Source of the DNA: Epiperipatus broadwayi
Lineage: Eukaryota > Animalia > Onychophora
NCBI GenBank assembly: GCA_028023455.1
Contig: JAQFVV010000010.1
Location: 2,294,001 to 2,358,000, forward strand
Reading direction: 5' to 3'
DNA length: 64,000 nt
The notes beneath the pieces are model-generated. The model searched no databases. It was not told the DNA's origin and was given only the letters and a program-made list of their open reading frames with translations. Each line of letters begins with the position of its first letter. The stretch's first letter is position 1. The position numbers and the translations under genes were made by a program. Of the stretch, positions 44,201-53,499 are shown one piece after another.

Positions 44201-45483
44201 TAGGAAAGTCAGATATTTCCTATTTACTTTATTTTAATTAAAAATAAAAATATGGTAATCCATTCAGCTATAACAGACTCATCCAGAGAATCTTCTCTTG
44301 GGAAAAAAAAAAAAATCACATTTTTAAATCTGTTGATCTATTAACAAAATTTAACACTATTATGGAGATTGTTGGAGAGGAAATTTTTTCATGAAATTCC
44401 ACATTTATTCAAATTGTGATACTGCAAATCCATGAAGGATCAGTGAAATGCCCTTCTATTTAAAAACTTTATAGTCTTTAATATTTATAATTTTAAAAGC
44501 AGTAATACACTTCAACTAAATTAACGCATTTATTATAAAATTTTGTTAAGGGAAATAGTATATCATTTGATATTCAATTGTTACAAATATCATATGTACA
44601 TATTTAGAAATAAATTGACAAATAGTTTTCTTTGTAATTATACTTTACAACTAAATTGTATTTACCTCAACTAATCTAGGAACCCATCCTTTCCGATGAC
44701 CATAAGGAGGTGCTCCTCTTTTTGTTATAACAGTACTCTACAAAATAATAATAATAAATAAATAAGATAATAACATTAAGATATTGCAAATGCTAGGTGG
44801 GTCAAAGTTATTTTCCATACTTTATTGTAATATAATTCTTTTAATTTTCAATCACATAATTTTGACACAAGATGATGTCCCTTCTCATTACAATAGGTGT
44901 TAAATGAAATATAACTATTAACAAAATAAATGGTAAATAATTTTTGATCCACCAATTATATATATATGTTAAATATTTTCATGGATTAATAATGCTGAAA
45001 ACAAAGAAATAAATGGGGTTAATTCTATATAATAACTACAAATTAGCAATGGTTTTACTAGATAACTATCAATTAACGACAGCTTTTAAGTTAAAGTAAT
45101 TAGCTCTAGTAGCTTACAATAGCTTTTTGTCTTGAATTCACTTAGAAAGAAAAATAATCCCTTTCATTTTTAATCCAAGATTAATCAAGACATATATTTT
45201 TATAAGTATGAGAACTTAAAATTTTTTTATCTTCCCTATGTATTCTGAAATTTTATTGTATTTCCTCTGGAGAGCTATATAAGTTAAATATTTTCTTGAA
45301 TTTATTATGATATAAACAAAGGAATAAGTGTGATTAATTTTATGTAATAAAAAGAAATAAGTTAGCAGTGTTGTTATATGAAATTAACACAATTGTACAT
45401 ATTTACAATAAAATCATACCTGTTTAGGATAAAGTTTCTCTTCAATTGGATCAAAAGCCTGCTGAGTGGGCGCTGGCATAATA
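8072..45483 (-). CDS. SNW1: SNW domain-containing protein 1 (SKIP/SKIIP/Bx42/Prp45), spliced gene; 13 coding exons resolved, short first exon further upstream
   Basis: Exons 45420-45483, 44666-44737, 35637-35900, 35445-35551, 34327-34431, 34113-34182, 33952-34017, 33227-33343, 27131-27272, 19310-19409, 11559-11679, 11309-11466 and 8072-8279 join in frame with GT-AG ends. Hallmark peptides: PPYGHRKGWVPR, DYGDGGAFPEIHVAQFPLDMG, YTPSQQG..FNSGAKQRVIRMVE, KIPRGPPSPPAPVMHSP, IPPCISNWKNAK (SNW motif), GYTIPLDKRLAADGRGL, FDQRLFNQTKGMDSGF, EDPFGLDKFL. Confidence 0.97.
11309..11466 (-). CDS. SNW1: SNW1 coding exon 13 (GMDSGFGDDEAYNVYDKPW...DLDKLMKSN/R), 158 nt
   Basis: Follows a 92-nt intron; acceptor ttttaatAG, donor GTTAGT. 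Confidence 0.96.
11559..11679 (-). CDS. SNW1: SNW1 coding exon 12 (TKLDRQRDRDISEKIALGLPSNTNPTGDTQFDQRLFNQTK), 121 nt
   Basis: Acceptor tacttttAG, donor GTAAGA; lies within ORF 11496-11711. Confidence 0.96.
14380..14760 (+). mobile_element. Short decayed RTE-like LINE 3' fragment
   Basis: Residual LVKCYV..YGYEM*TMNNK..RFEM..RRME pattern typical of the post-RT region; heavily degraded. Confidence 0.4.
15748..15885. repeat. Loop-less imperfect palindrome, about 138 bp, centred at 15815/15816
   Basis: Perfect 38-bp core tcagtaagagttttaaaag|cttttaaaactcttactga; arms extend to tccgat...atcgga with mostly transition mismatches. Confidence 0.9.
15890..18000 (-). mobile_element. Decayed hAT (SPIN/Charlie, GTF2IRD2-like) transposase relic
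   Basis: FSLALD near 16990; VLNKFDLSFDKFSNIATNGTPTMLVENIGFICLLKK..FISFHCIL (ORF 16743-16931); C-terminal FWKHVPDSNY..TYSCE*LYSTMKFVKSKHR (about 16030-16180). Confidence 0.8.
18243..19253. mobile_element. Non-autonomous TIR element (1011 bp), Merlin-like
   Basis: 27-bp imperfect TIRs GGTRCTYRTCTTATAGMTAAAGAYGCC (18243-18269 / 19227-19253) flanked by a perfect 8-bp duplication aataagtc (18235-18242 / 19254-19261); CpGs preserved; no transposase ORF. Confidence 0.85.
19310..19409 (-). CDS. SNW1: SNW1 coding exon 11 (E/KDEEAQERDQLRYERHKDRIRQKNLTRAGPEK/R), 100 nt
   Basis: Acceptor ttattttAG, donor GTTAAA; phases match both neighbouring exons. Confidence 0.93.
22812..23680. mobile_element. hAT (Charlie/SPIN-type) MITE, 869 bp, with an internal minisatellite
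   Basis: TIRs CAGGGATGCCCAACC / CAGTGGTGCCCAACC; perfect 8-bp TSD ttctagta (22804-22811 / 23681-23688) fitting the NTCTAGNN preference; about 5 tandem 70-80 bp units at 23115-23480. Confidence 0.92.
23826..24582. repeat. Four-copy direct/inverted repeat cluster (A+ 23826-24004, B+ 24208-24340, C- 24343-24511, D- 24512-24582)
   Basis: Shared unit agtcagatgtcacatgacctaattt...tatatatagag.tcgcaaataagctcttaacaag...cccagacc..tttctgcttctg read in both orientations. Confidence 0.9.
27131..27272 (-). CDS. SNW1: SNW1 coding exon 10 (AREAVEMRAQLEKKLAQKEKEKKEENLRILAQKAREERAGIRIHGQT), 142 nt
   Basis: Acceptor ccttattatAG, donor GTAAAA; missed by the ORF track. Confidence 0.96.
27463..27718. repeat. Foldback hairpin, arms about 120 bp with a 13-nt loop (MITE-like)
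   Basis: Arms 27463-27589 and 27603-27718 are reverse complements (aataattgtttcttcaac / gttgaagaaacaattatt; G-run opposite C-run). Confidence 0.85.
29120..29260. repeat. Low-complexity tandem repeat (catcattattcttatacccacca-like units)
   Basis: About three 30-35 bp units plus TTA/TCA runs; produces the spurious ORF 29054-29293. Confidence 0.75.
30020..31000 (+). mobile_element. Ty3/gypsy pol remnant (RT end, RNase H, start of integrase)
   Basis: FLGLINF; HPFKI.IDHQSLMRIF..KLYAYNYELEFEPGIQIKHAYAL (TDHKPL...YDYEIEYRPG..HADAL equivalent); DPGYQILQKWIKNSWP; VLELLHNDYPGIV. Confidence 0.8.
32150..32340 (+). mobile_element. Short decayed RTE-like LINE 3' fragment
   Basis: Residual GSEAWTI..QKVQTIQQS.ERGILGITKR pattern. 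Confidence 0.4.
32401..32533. repeat. AT-rich hairpin with 49-bp near-perfect arms
   Basis: 32401-32449 versus 32485-32533, two mismatches by eye. Confidence 0.85.
33227..33343 (-). CDS. SNW1: SNW1 coding exon 9 (GYTIPLDKRLAADGRGLQPTHINENFAKLAEALYIADRK), 117 nt
   Basis: Acceptor ttttttgttacAG, donor GTAATT; lies within ORF 33152-33439. Confidence 0.97.
33952..34017 (-). CDS. SNW1: SNW1 coding exon 8 (VTVKEQQEWKIPPCISNWKNAK), 66 nt, carries the SNW motif
   Basis: Acceptor atatatAG, donor GTAAGA. Confidence 0.96.
34113..34182 (-). CDS. SNW1: SNW1 coding exon 7 (INKKIPRGPPSPPAPVMHSPSRK), 70 nt
   Basis: Acceptor tcttctAG, donor GTAAAA; highly conserved peptide. Confidence 0.96.
34327..34431 (-). 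CDS. SNW1: SNW1 coding exon 6 (YTPSQQGIAFNSGAKQRVIRMVEAQRDPMEPPKF/R), 105 nt
   Basis: Acceptor aatttttAG, donor GTATAT; lies within ORF 34272-34469. Confidence 0.96.
35445..35551 (-). CDS. SNW1: SNW1 coding exon 5 (ITEKTRLALERITHNKISAAMPVRHAEKILPAQYI/R), 107 nt
   Basis: Follows an 85-nt intron; acceptor tttttatAAG, donor GTAAAT. Confidence 0.96.
35637..35900 (-). CDS. SNW1: SNW1 coding exon 4 (DYGDGGAFPEIHVAQF...KPNDEDVKE), 264 nt
   Basis: Acceptor tttttctctAG, donor GTTAGT; overlaps ORF 35625-35843. Confidence 0.96.
40560..41270 (+). mobile_element. Possible decayed non-LTR retrotransposon 3' end (R1/LOA/I-like)
   Basis: ITFLTLVGLFPTIVPFNC resembles the TFLTGHGPFP.YL.RFN segment preceding the C-terminal zinc knuckle; weak. 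Confidence 0.3.
43051..43501. repeat. Tandem repeat, 181-bp period, about 2.5 copies; partial dispersed copy at about 39933-40020
   Basis: Units start at 43051, 43232 and 43413 (tat[g/a]cactgtag.tataaattgt.tgca...). Confidence 0.9.
44666..44737 (-). CDS. SNW1: SNW1 coding exon 3 (STVITKRGAPPYGHRKGWVPRLVE), 72 nt
   Basis: Acceptor ttttgtAG, donor GTAAAT; conserved PPYGxRKGWxPR motif. Confidence 0.93.
45420..45483 (-). CDS. SNW1: SNW1 coding exon 2 (S/IMPAPTQQAFDPIEEKLYPKQ), 64 nt
   Basis: Acceptor cttcttgtAG, donor GTATGA; resembles the conserved LPAPTQ N-terminus; starts with one base completing a phase-2 codon. Confidence 0.85.
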
Positions 45484-45934
45484 CTACAAGAAGATAAGAT
45501 TAGTTGGGTTATATTTATTAAAATTTTTATATACATAAAATGATCATGTGACTAACTCTGAGACAATATTATCATGATAATACTAAAAATAACTTTTTAT
45601 TGGGTATACTTGCATAAGAAAAAAAAGGAATATTTTTTTTTCTTCAAATGTCTTTATTTGTAATTTCAAGATTGTGATATGGAATAAAAGTTTTAAGTAT
45701 ATTTAAAAAAGTTAATATACATGAAATTATTATTAATGATACCATGTTGTTAAATGTAATTAAAAAACAAATCAATATGTTAAATGTGCTGAAAGTTTAT
45801 ATTTGGGTTAAGAATATGCTAATCTCTAGCCCGATAAATGATTAGGAATGATCATTCTTGTATTGAGCTATGTGAATGATGTCAAAAAAATAAAACAAAT
45901 CATAAAAATATGTACAATAGATTATTATCTAGAT

Positions 45935-47050
45935 CAGAGGTCAGCAACCTTTTAGTAGTGTGGTGCCGAACCTATGTTACAATGTTATTCCGCGTGCCGA
46001 CATGATTTTACCAATCTTATTATTTATTATCAAAATTGGTTGTTATAATGGGCTTCAAAGTTATATGATATATACTACTATGTAATATATACTTTTGAAA
46101 TCCATTGAAACTGGATCTTATATTATTGGCCATTCAATATTTTAAAATACTTAGAATCATGTGAAAAGTACCTTTTTTTTAAAATTTGTAATTTTTAACA
46201 TGCTTATTAAAAATTATATTACAAATTATAAATTACAACTTTTTACCCATACAAAATTTACAATTTAAATAAGAACAAAACATCATGAATTCTAATATGA
46301 TTAGCCATTTTTTATTATTAAAATAATGTGAATCTTGGCCTTGTATCTCTTTGCTCAATTGCTCAATGTCAGGTATGTAAATGGTCACTTTTGGCTTCAA
46401 ACATGCTTCTGAATGTTCAGGTGTTAGGCAATTTCTTTGTGAACTCAAAATATTTTTATATGTGAGAAAATTTGTTCACATAAGTAAGTCAAAACAAATG
46501 CCGAAAGCAGAGCACAAGCAGTGTTTTTCAAAGAATTAAATCTTTCAGGTAATAATATCCAACAATTGAGAATGACAGCTGACTTTTCTAGACAGTTCCC
46601 TTCAAGAGTTTTCCGCAATTCTACAAATTTAGTTTTCCACAATTCTGATGATATTAATTCAATTAATTCCATTTCAAAACTATCAATATCCATCCACTCA
46701 AAAAGAAATAAATCAAATAGTCATCTTTAAATCAATTAAGTCAGGTTTGATGAGGAAAAAAAATATGGGTGTGTATTTGGAAGTCTTCACATTGTTTGGA
46801 AAATTCTTCTCTGAGAGCTTCAATGTATTTTTGAAGTTCATCTTTTTAACGTTAAAGTGATTTGCATGGGCCTTTACATTTGGAAAGTACTTGTAGGTGT
46901 TTTCCCTATCCCTAAAAGAAAACAGAATTTCACTTTGTTCCAACTTTTCAGCCATTACAAAAATTGACAAATGTTTGAAATGCATGACTACGATTTCACA
47001 TGATGTCATTTGGCAGATGGATGAAAAACGATTCTCACATGAGGTATCTA
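45935..47050 (-). mobile_element. hAT (SPIN/GTF2IRD2-like) transposon 3' portion with one intact terminus
   Basis: C-terminal dimerisation region LKNTACALLSAFVLTYLCEQIFSHIK and SSQRNCLTPEHSEACLKPKVTIYIPDIEQLSKEIQGQDSH; terminus CAGAGGTCAGCAACC at 45935 preceded by atctagat (NTCTAGAN target). Confidence 0.85.
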
Positions 47051-47059
47051 CAAGCAGAG

Positions 47060-47415
47060 GTCAGAGAATGACTCAGATTATTTTTGGGTGCCCCCTGGTA
47101 AAGTAATGAATAAATAAATATACATGTAATCTTTGTATAAATGTAGATTTTTCTATCTGAAAAAATAAGCATCCCCTGAAAATAAATCTTAAAGTGTCGT
47201 TGGAGTAAAAATTTAATAAAAGAGTTTTATTTTCAGGGAAATTATGGTATATATGTGCATGTTGAAAAATAATATACACTTGTCGTTCAATAAACTGTAT
47301 GTATTTTATTCTAATCAATGTTTGTCAACAAAATATGAGCTATTAAACACTATATATACATTTGTATGTGAGGAAGGCTTGGAACAAAATAGTGTAGTTT
47401 ATGGTTCCACTGTAT
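47060..47415 (-). mobile_element. Tc1/mariner- or pogo-like non-autonomous fragment; related copy at about 59386-59570 (+)
   Basis: Both copies begin TA|CAGTGGA.CCAT.AA and share tattttgttcca and ttcaacatgcaca.atatac. Confidence 0.45.
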
Positions 47416-47842
47416 TTTCTTTATAAAACAATATTTATATATGTATTAAGTATACATCCTACAATATCTCATTTTATCATGCATTTTTTCCCAGTCCTTT
47501 TGTAGGAGCCTAGTTGAGTGTCTATTCTGATAGATATTGCAATTACTCATTTGATTATTCTCTTGGCTCCAGATTGCTTTCTCAATAGTTATTTTATCCA
47601 TTTAGCTTTTTCTTTTCATTTTATAATTCCAGGTCTCCAGTTTTATAATTATTTTCATTTGATTGTTGTTCCATTTAGCTTTTCTTCTTTTTCTTTATTT
47701 GTAGCTCCAGATTTCCAATTAACAATTATTTTCATTTTAAATTAACACAAATTGAAACAGCCATGATTCCAGATGAATCAATATGTAAGGTTGAATGAAA
47801 ATGTATGTGATATATTCTTTCTCCTACATTTCTTTTAATTTG

Positions 47843-48639
47843 GAATAATTGCTTTGGATGCGAATAAGTAAAAAAAGTTTAAACTGGAATGTTTATACGC
47901 TTAGTATAATGTGCTGAGCATGCATTTGAAATCGCTTTGAATATAAATATAGATCGCTCATTAATATAGTTAAAAGATTTTATATTAAAATCAAATCCAG
48001 GCCTACACCAATTGATGTCAAACCCTAAATATCATTCCATATATACCTGTTTGTTCCGACACTTACAGAATCAACCTCCACACCCCACCAAACTTAAGCT
48101 AATTAATAACTTCAAAGACAAATGCACCTCCCAACAGACACCTCAAATTGTGTATAAAATTCCTGCATTCATATTAACTGCAATGTAGTATATTTTGGAG
48201 GAATCCCGTGTTAATCTGGCAACAAATCACCCAGCACCAACACACACACGCACAATAAAACTAAGAATAATTCTGCTCACAAATCCATATTTTTAGACAA
48301 TGAAAATAAACATGACCATACCTTTTAATCTACAATAGCCAGTGTGGTATGTTTGGAATGCAATGATGCAAAATAAAAGCCTGGCATATCTCCAACAATC
48401 TGAATGCCAACAACAACAAAAAAAATCCTGTTTCTCATGTTCTAATAAGTGGATCATTACCCCATTCATTTACATATCATTTACATATTCTTTAAATTAC
48501 ACTATCCACTTCTACTTTGTAGCTGTATTGCTATGATTATGATTTTAGATATCAAAAGCATGCTCAGCACACTACACTAGGCATATAAACATTCCAGTTT
48601 TAAGTTTTTCTTATTTTTTCACTTTCAAAGCAATTATTC
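47843..48639 (+). mobile_element. Penelope-like 3' fragment bracketed by about 91-bp inverted repeats
   Basis: Arms 47843-47933 and 48548-48639 are reverse complements; the interior has IVYKIP...CNVVYFG (GIY-YIG-like) and shares about 90 bp with 50366-50460. Confidence 0.55.
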
Positions 48640-49499
48640 TGACTTACAATTCTATAAGAAAAGGCAAAAAGTATAAGTGAATTACAAAGAAGCATGAACT
48701 CACACCAAAAACTCAGATGTTATTTAAAACATGCAAATCAATCAGTATTTTAGTTGAAAGAATTAATTTCTTCAAAATGTATTCAAAACAAGATATTCCC
48801 GAATTGCTGTACATATATAAATATGGCAATTCATATCTGTGAAAAAATTCCCACCCAATTACAAATGCTTCTACTCAATAACGTCATTAGAGGATGCAAA
48901 AGAACTCTGAAAAAAGAGAAGTGACAAAAGCGCAAGATCTGTCAAATACAGGACATCCCAATTCATATAATTGATAAGTTCAGTGTTATAACTTCAATGT
49001 TAAAGTCTAAATATACAAAAAAAAAAATATTTCTCTCATGAAATATATGGAATAAAAATAGATGGTTCAAACACATACAGCTTTGTTAATTTAACTCACC
49101 CTCCCTCAATAATGTTAAGACAGTATTAGAATTTGTTTGCGGTTTGTTGGTGGCAGTTGGCTGCACCAATGATGGAAGTCATAGCGAACATTGAAAATAA
49201 ATTTTCAGACTATCTGCAGAGAAATAAGATCAATGAGCAAATTTCACATGTGACTATATAAATATTACCAAGCATAATTTACAAGATAACCAAATTATAT
49301 GTATAAAGGAGAATAAGGGAAACAGATTAGTCTTACTAAACTAACAAAATTACCTTCACAAAATTAACACACAAATCAATTAAGTTAAATTGTAAACTAG
49401 TACAACTATATAATTTAAAAAGAAACTAAGTTAAATTCTTCAGTAATCCTTAAAGTTTTGTAATAGTGCCTTTGCAGAAAGCAAATATTTTAAAATGTA

Positions 49500-50460
49500 T
49501 CTATTGGCAGCAATTCCCCCTAAAATGTTGGCCAACACCAAATTACTTAAAATTGACTGCCTGACTGAGATTAATGATTGACTTTGGAGGTGCCTATCAT
49601 TAGAATGCTACAAAAATGATAAACTGACTTATTGACCAACTTGGATATGGCTCATTTACAATTAAATCATATTTTGAATGTGTCGACAAAATTAAAAATA
49701 TAAAAATCAACAACCTGTCTAGACTCTCTTCATTAAATATTAAAGAACTATATAGCTCTATATCTAGAAAATGATCAATTGACATAATCAAGGACATGCT
49801 AATAAAATCTAATTACTCTTCCAACAGAATCAACTTCATCACTGAACGCCTTAATTGGATCCATGAAGACATAACTATCCTCTTCAATAGATATTATAGA
49901 ATGGAATTTGGGTGACCAATGTGACTGCCCACCAGTGATGACATAATATCTAGAATTGTATTAAACAGTTTTAAAATCAAGGTTCTCTGAAAATACCTTT
50001 AATTCACACTTGGCATTATATATATGAGATATGTTGATGTCCTTATTTGTGCTCCGGAACTTCAAATTAATAACATAAAACAGGGGTTCACATAAAAATC
50101 ATTGCTCACCTAGACTAATGAACAAAAAACATACCCTCAAAGGCATAAAATTCCTCAACTTTACATTCAGAGGGACAATTAAACTACAAAATGTTAAAAC
50201 CTATCCAGGTTAGAGGTATAATACATTAGAATCCCTTACACCTAATTTGCATAAATTCATTGGTCTTAAAACATTCCTACATTGAAACTTCAATTTATGC
50301 AAACTTGAATCATATTGCAAAACCAAGATTAATAATTATATAAAGAAAATATGCCACCTCAAATATAAATACAGGCTGCTTATTAATATAATTAAAAGAT
50401 TTTATACTAAAATCAAATCTAGACCTATGCTAATCAATATCAAATCCTGGATATCACTTC
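49500..50460 (+). mobile_element. Second decayed Penelope-like RT
   Basis: VDKIKNIKINNLSRLSSLNIKELYSSI (SFDI.NLYTNI equivalent), IDIIKDMLIK, YMRYVDVLI (RYVDD equivalent) near 50025-50050. Confidence 0.6.
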
Positions 50461-53400
50461 CATATATACTTATTATATCCAGAAGTATAATCCATGATCT
50501 AAAATTTTTTTAAATTTAACTTTTATTTATTGTCTTGTAATTTCTGATATTGTTATAAAATGAATTTATAATGATGGGGGGGGGGGGAGTAATTAAAAAA
50601 GGGAAAAAATTAAGATTAAATTGATTAAAACAAAATTGTGATTGAACAGGGTAGTATTCTATTATTATGGGGGTATATAACTAGGCACTGTGCAACCCTC
50701 TCTATTCCTGCTCAAGTCTATCTTTATTGCTGCTCAGTCTCTCTTTGTTCCTGAGAAAGCCACTGTTCCTGCTCAGAAATTATAGCCAAATAACTTCTTG
50801 CTAGATTGAAGACTATTGACATTTGGAGCCAAGATTAATAATCAACTGTTAATTGCCAGCATTCTATGAGAAAATTCATTAAGAAAATAAAACCAAAAAG
50901 AATGCAGTGTTAAAACTCCAGTCTGTATCAGTCCCAACCCTGGATCATGTAGCCCTCCTATAGAAAAATCACTTGTTTCCTTTCTAGAGTAAGAAAAAAA
51001 ATAGCCTCCTGTGGAAGATCAACTGTTCCTGCCTGGAGTGAGAAATGGTGGTCAACTTATATGACCTATTCTGTTATACCTATCATAACAATTATTTCCA
51101 TCTGCAATGAAGACTTAAGAACTGAATATTGGTTAATAATTACATATATGTAATTTATAATAGTTCAATTCTCCTAAACTTGGTACCATGCTTAAAGAAT
51201 TGGTCTAATCAACTAATGATTTTGGGCAAGATGAAATTTTATTTATTTTATTAATAGAAAATGTCATTATTATTCTTCTTACTAATTAAATCTAAACATA
51301 ATTTTTATTGGTGTTCCTATTTTCTAATATCAATTTGCATTTGATATATGCTGTGTGTTTTACATATATGTCATAAGGTGTTTAATTAAATAAATTTATT
51401 TTGTTTATTGTTAAAATCTGTCTTGTGTGTAGGTAATTTCATCTCTTTCCATGCAAATAAGTTTAAACTTTATAAGTACCCTTTTGAGTTCATACTTGCC
51501 GATAAGAAAAGATTGAGAAGTATGGAAACAGACAACAGTGGAGAGGTATATATTTAAAATTGCTCTTTAATCAGATATCATTTCTTAATTAGAAATGATG
51601 CTTAACTGTAATTCATAATCCTATAAAACATTGTTTGACTGAAGAAATCTATTTGTAGACTAATAAAAGGAGATGTTCAGCATTGGTGATCTGTGTGAAT
51701 AGTATAATTTAAATAGTCACATGTCACTATGTATTTAAAATTCTATTACTGAAAATTAAATAGAATTCTTTTATATTTTGAAATTTGAGAAATTAAGAAA
51801 GCTAGTAATGGTATATAGGCCAGATTATGTGATGATGGTGGTATGTTGTTCCATTAAATATAGTCAAAGTCAAAGAAATAGATGTGAATAAATAAAATAT
51901 AAATAATAGTTAAATGGTCAACCAGCATATTGTTAATTTGTGTCTAAATGACCTCCTTTCTATATCTTTTATTATATTGAGTTCCATTACTAAATAAGTG
52001 CTGAAATGATCCCTAAATATCCTGGGGGTGGTTGTGTTCCATAATAATATGCACATATAATACAAATAATCTATTAAATTTAAATCTATTTATTATTCAA
52101 AGAATAATAATTGCAAAAAAAATAAAAATTACATCTACTTAGAAAGTTGGCATTTGTTACTTTTAAAAAATTAAATAGAATTCTATATATAAATGGCAAG
52201 AAAAAAAAAACAGGCAAAAAGTAAATGTATGATGTGCATTGAGATGACAAGAATACTGATGATAAAAAACAGAATATCATTTTTAGGAGAAATTAGATCA
52301 AAAAACACACTGACCATGATAGTATCTACAAAAAGGACTAACCTAGTAAAAGAACAATGATGGATAAAAAGTTGAAAAATAAGAAATAAAACAATTAGTT
52401 CAAAACAGTTTACTACTGAAAACATTTAGTATAAATGAAAAGCAAACTGAGGTGTATCATTAGAAATAAACTTCACATAATGTAAAAAAACTTATGGAAA
52501 AAAAAATAGAAATCCAAGTTTCCAAAAACCATACTAAGAATGATTACAGGAATAATTGAACAATTAGAATAATTTTTGAGGAATTAGAAAATTAAAAATT
52601 AAGCTTAAAATAATCATACTGTATTTTTAAGATAGGAAAAGGCATGACTGGATTTTGAAAAAATGGAATTCAATTAAATTGGTAATTGCTTCATAGAACA
52701 AGTTTTTATTGATCAGCATTTAATAAAATTAGAAGGATTCTTTTCCTAATTTGTATGAAAAAGAATAAAGTAAATCAACATTTGAATAAGTTCATCCACC
52801 TAAATTTTGAAAAAAATTCTTAATTCAAAAGATAAACTGTATAAGAGATTGTTAACAAGTGATTTACACTTAAATATGATCAAAGATCTTAGTGATGACA
52901 GACTGCCTTTCTCAAGATTTCTTAAATGAAAAATATGTTTATAAATCACCAGAATAGTGACTGCTTTGAAACCCATACTCTCTTATTGCCTGACACCTGA
53001 TATTTCAAGATATAAAAGAAATTGCAGATTGATATCTTTTCATAAATTCAGAAAAAAGAGATATAAAGACAATAGACTGACAGAAAAAAAATTGGATTTA
53101 TCAGTCATTTTTTAGATAATGGTCAGAATACATATAATTTTCTACATCAGCCAATGAAAAGATTTAATTTATAATGAAATGATTGAATATTAAAGTAATT
53201 CATAAGAAAACTTTCAAAACCATGGCTGGAATTCCACTTAGCCAGAAGTTTAATGTTTAAACTATAAAAAATGTGAAATTTTGGTATTTTTGGAAAATAG
53301 TTCAACAAATGGATGAAAGACTGTATTACATTTCACAATCATTTTGAGTAGTTAAAAATAAACTAAAAATCATTTAAAATTGTGTATATATATATTTTAG

Positions 53401-53499
53401 TGTGTAGTAGCAGAATAGACATTCTACATAATAAAGATTTGCATGCTAGATATAGCAATCAGAGCTGTACTGAAAATTCTAAATGATAAACAGAAAAAT

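Noticed and set aside
52100-53350. Possible LINE endonuclease relic
   Set aside because: Purine-rich strand bias suggests old coding DNA, but no diagnostic motif could be read, so it is not listed as a feature.
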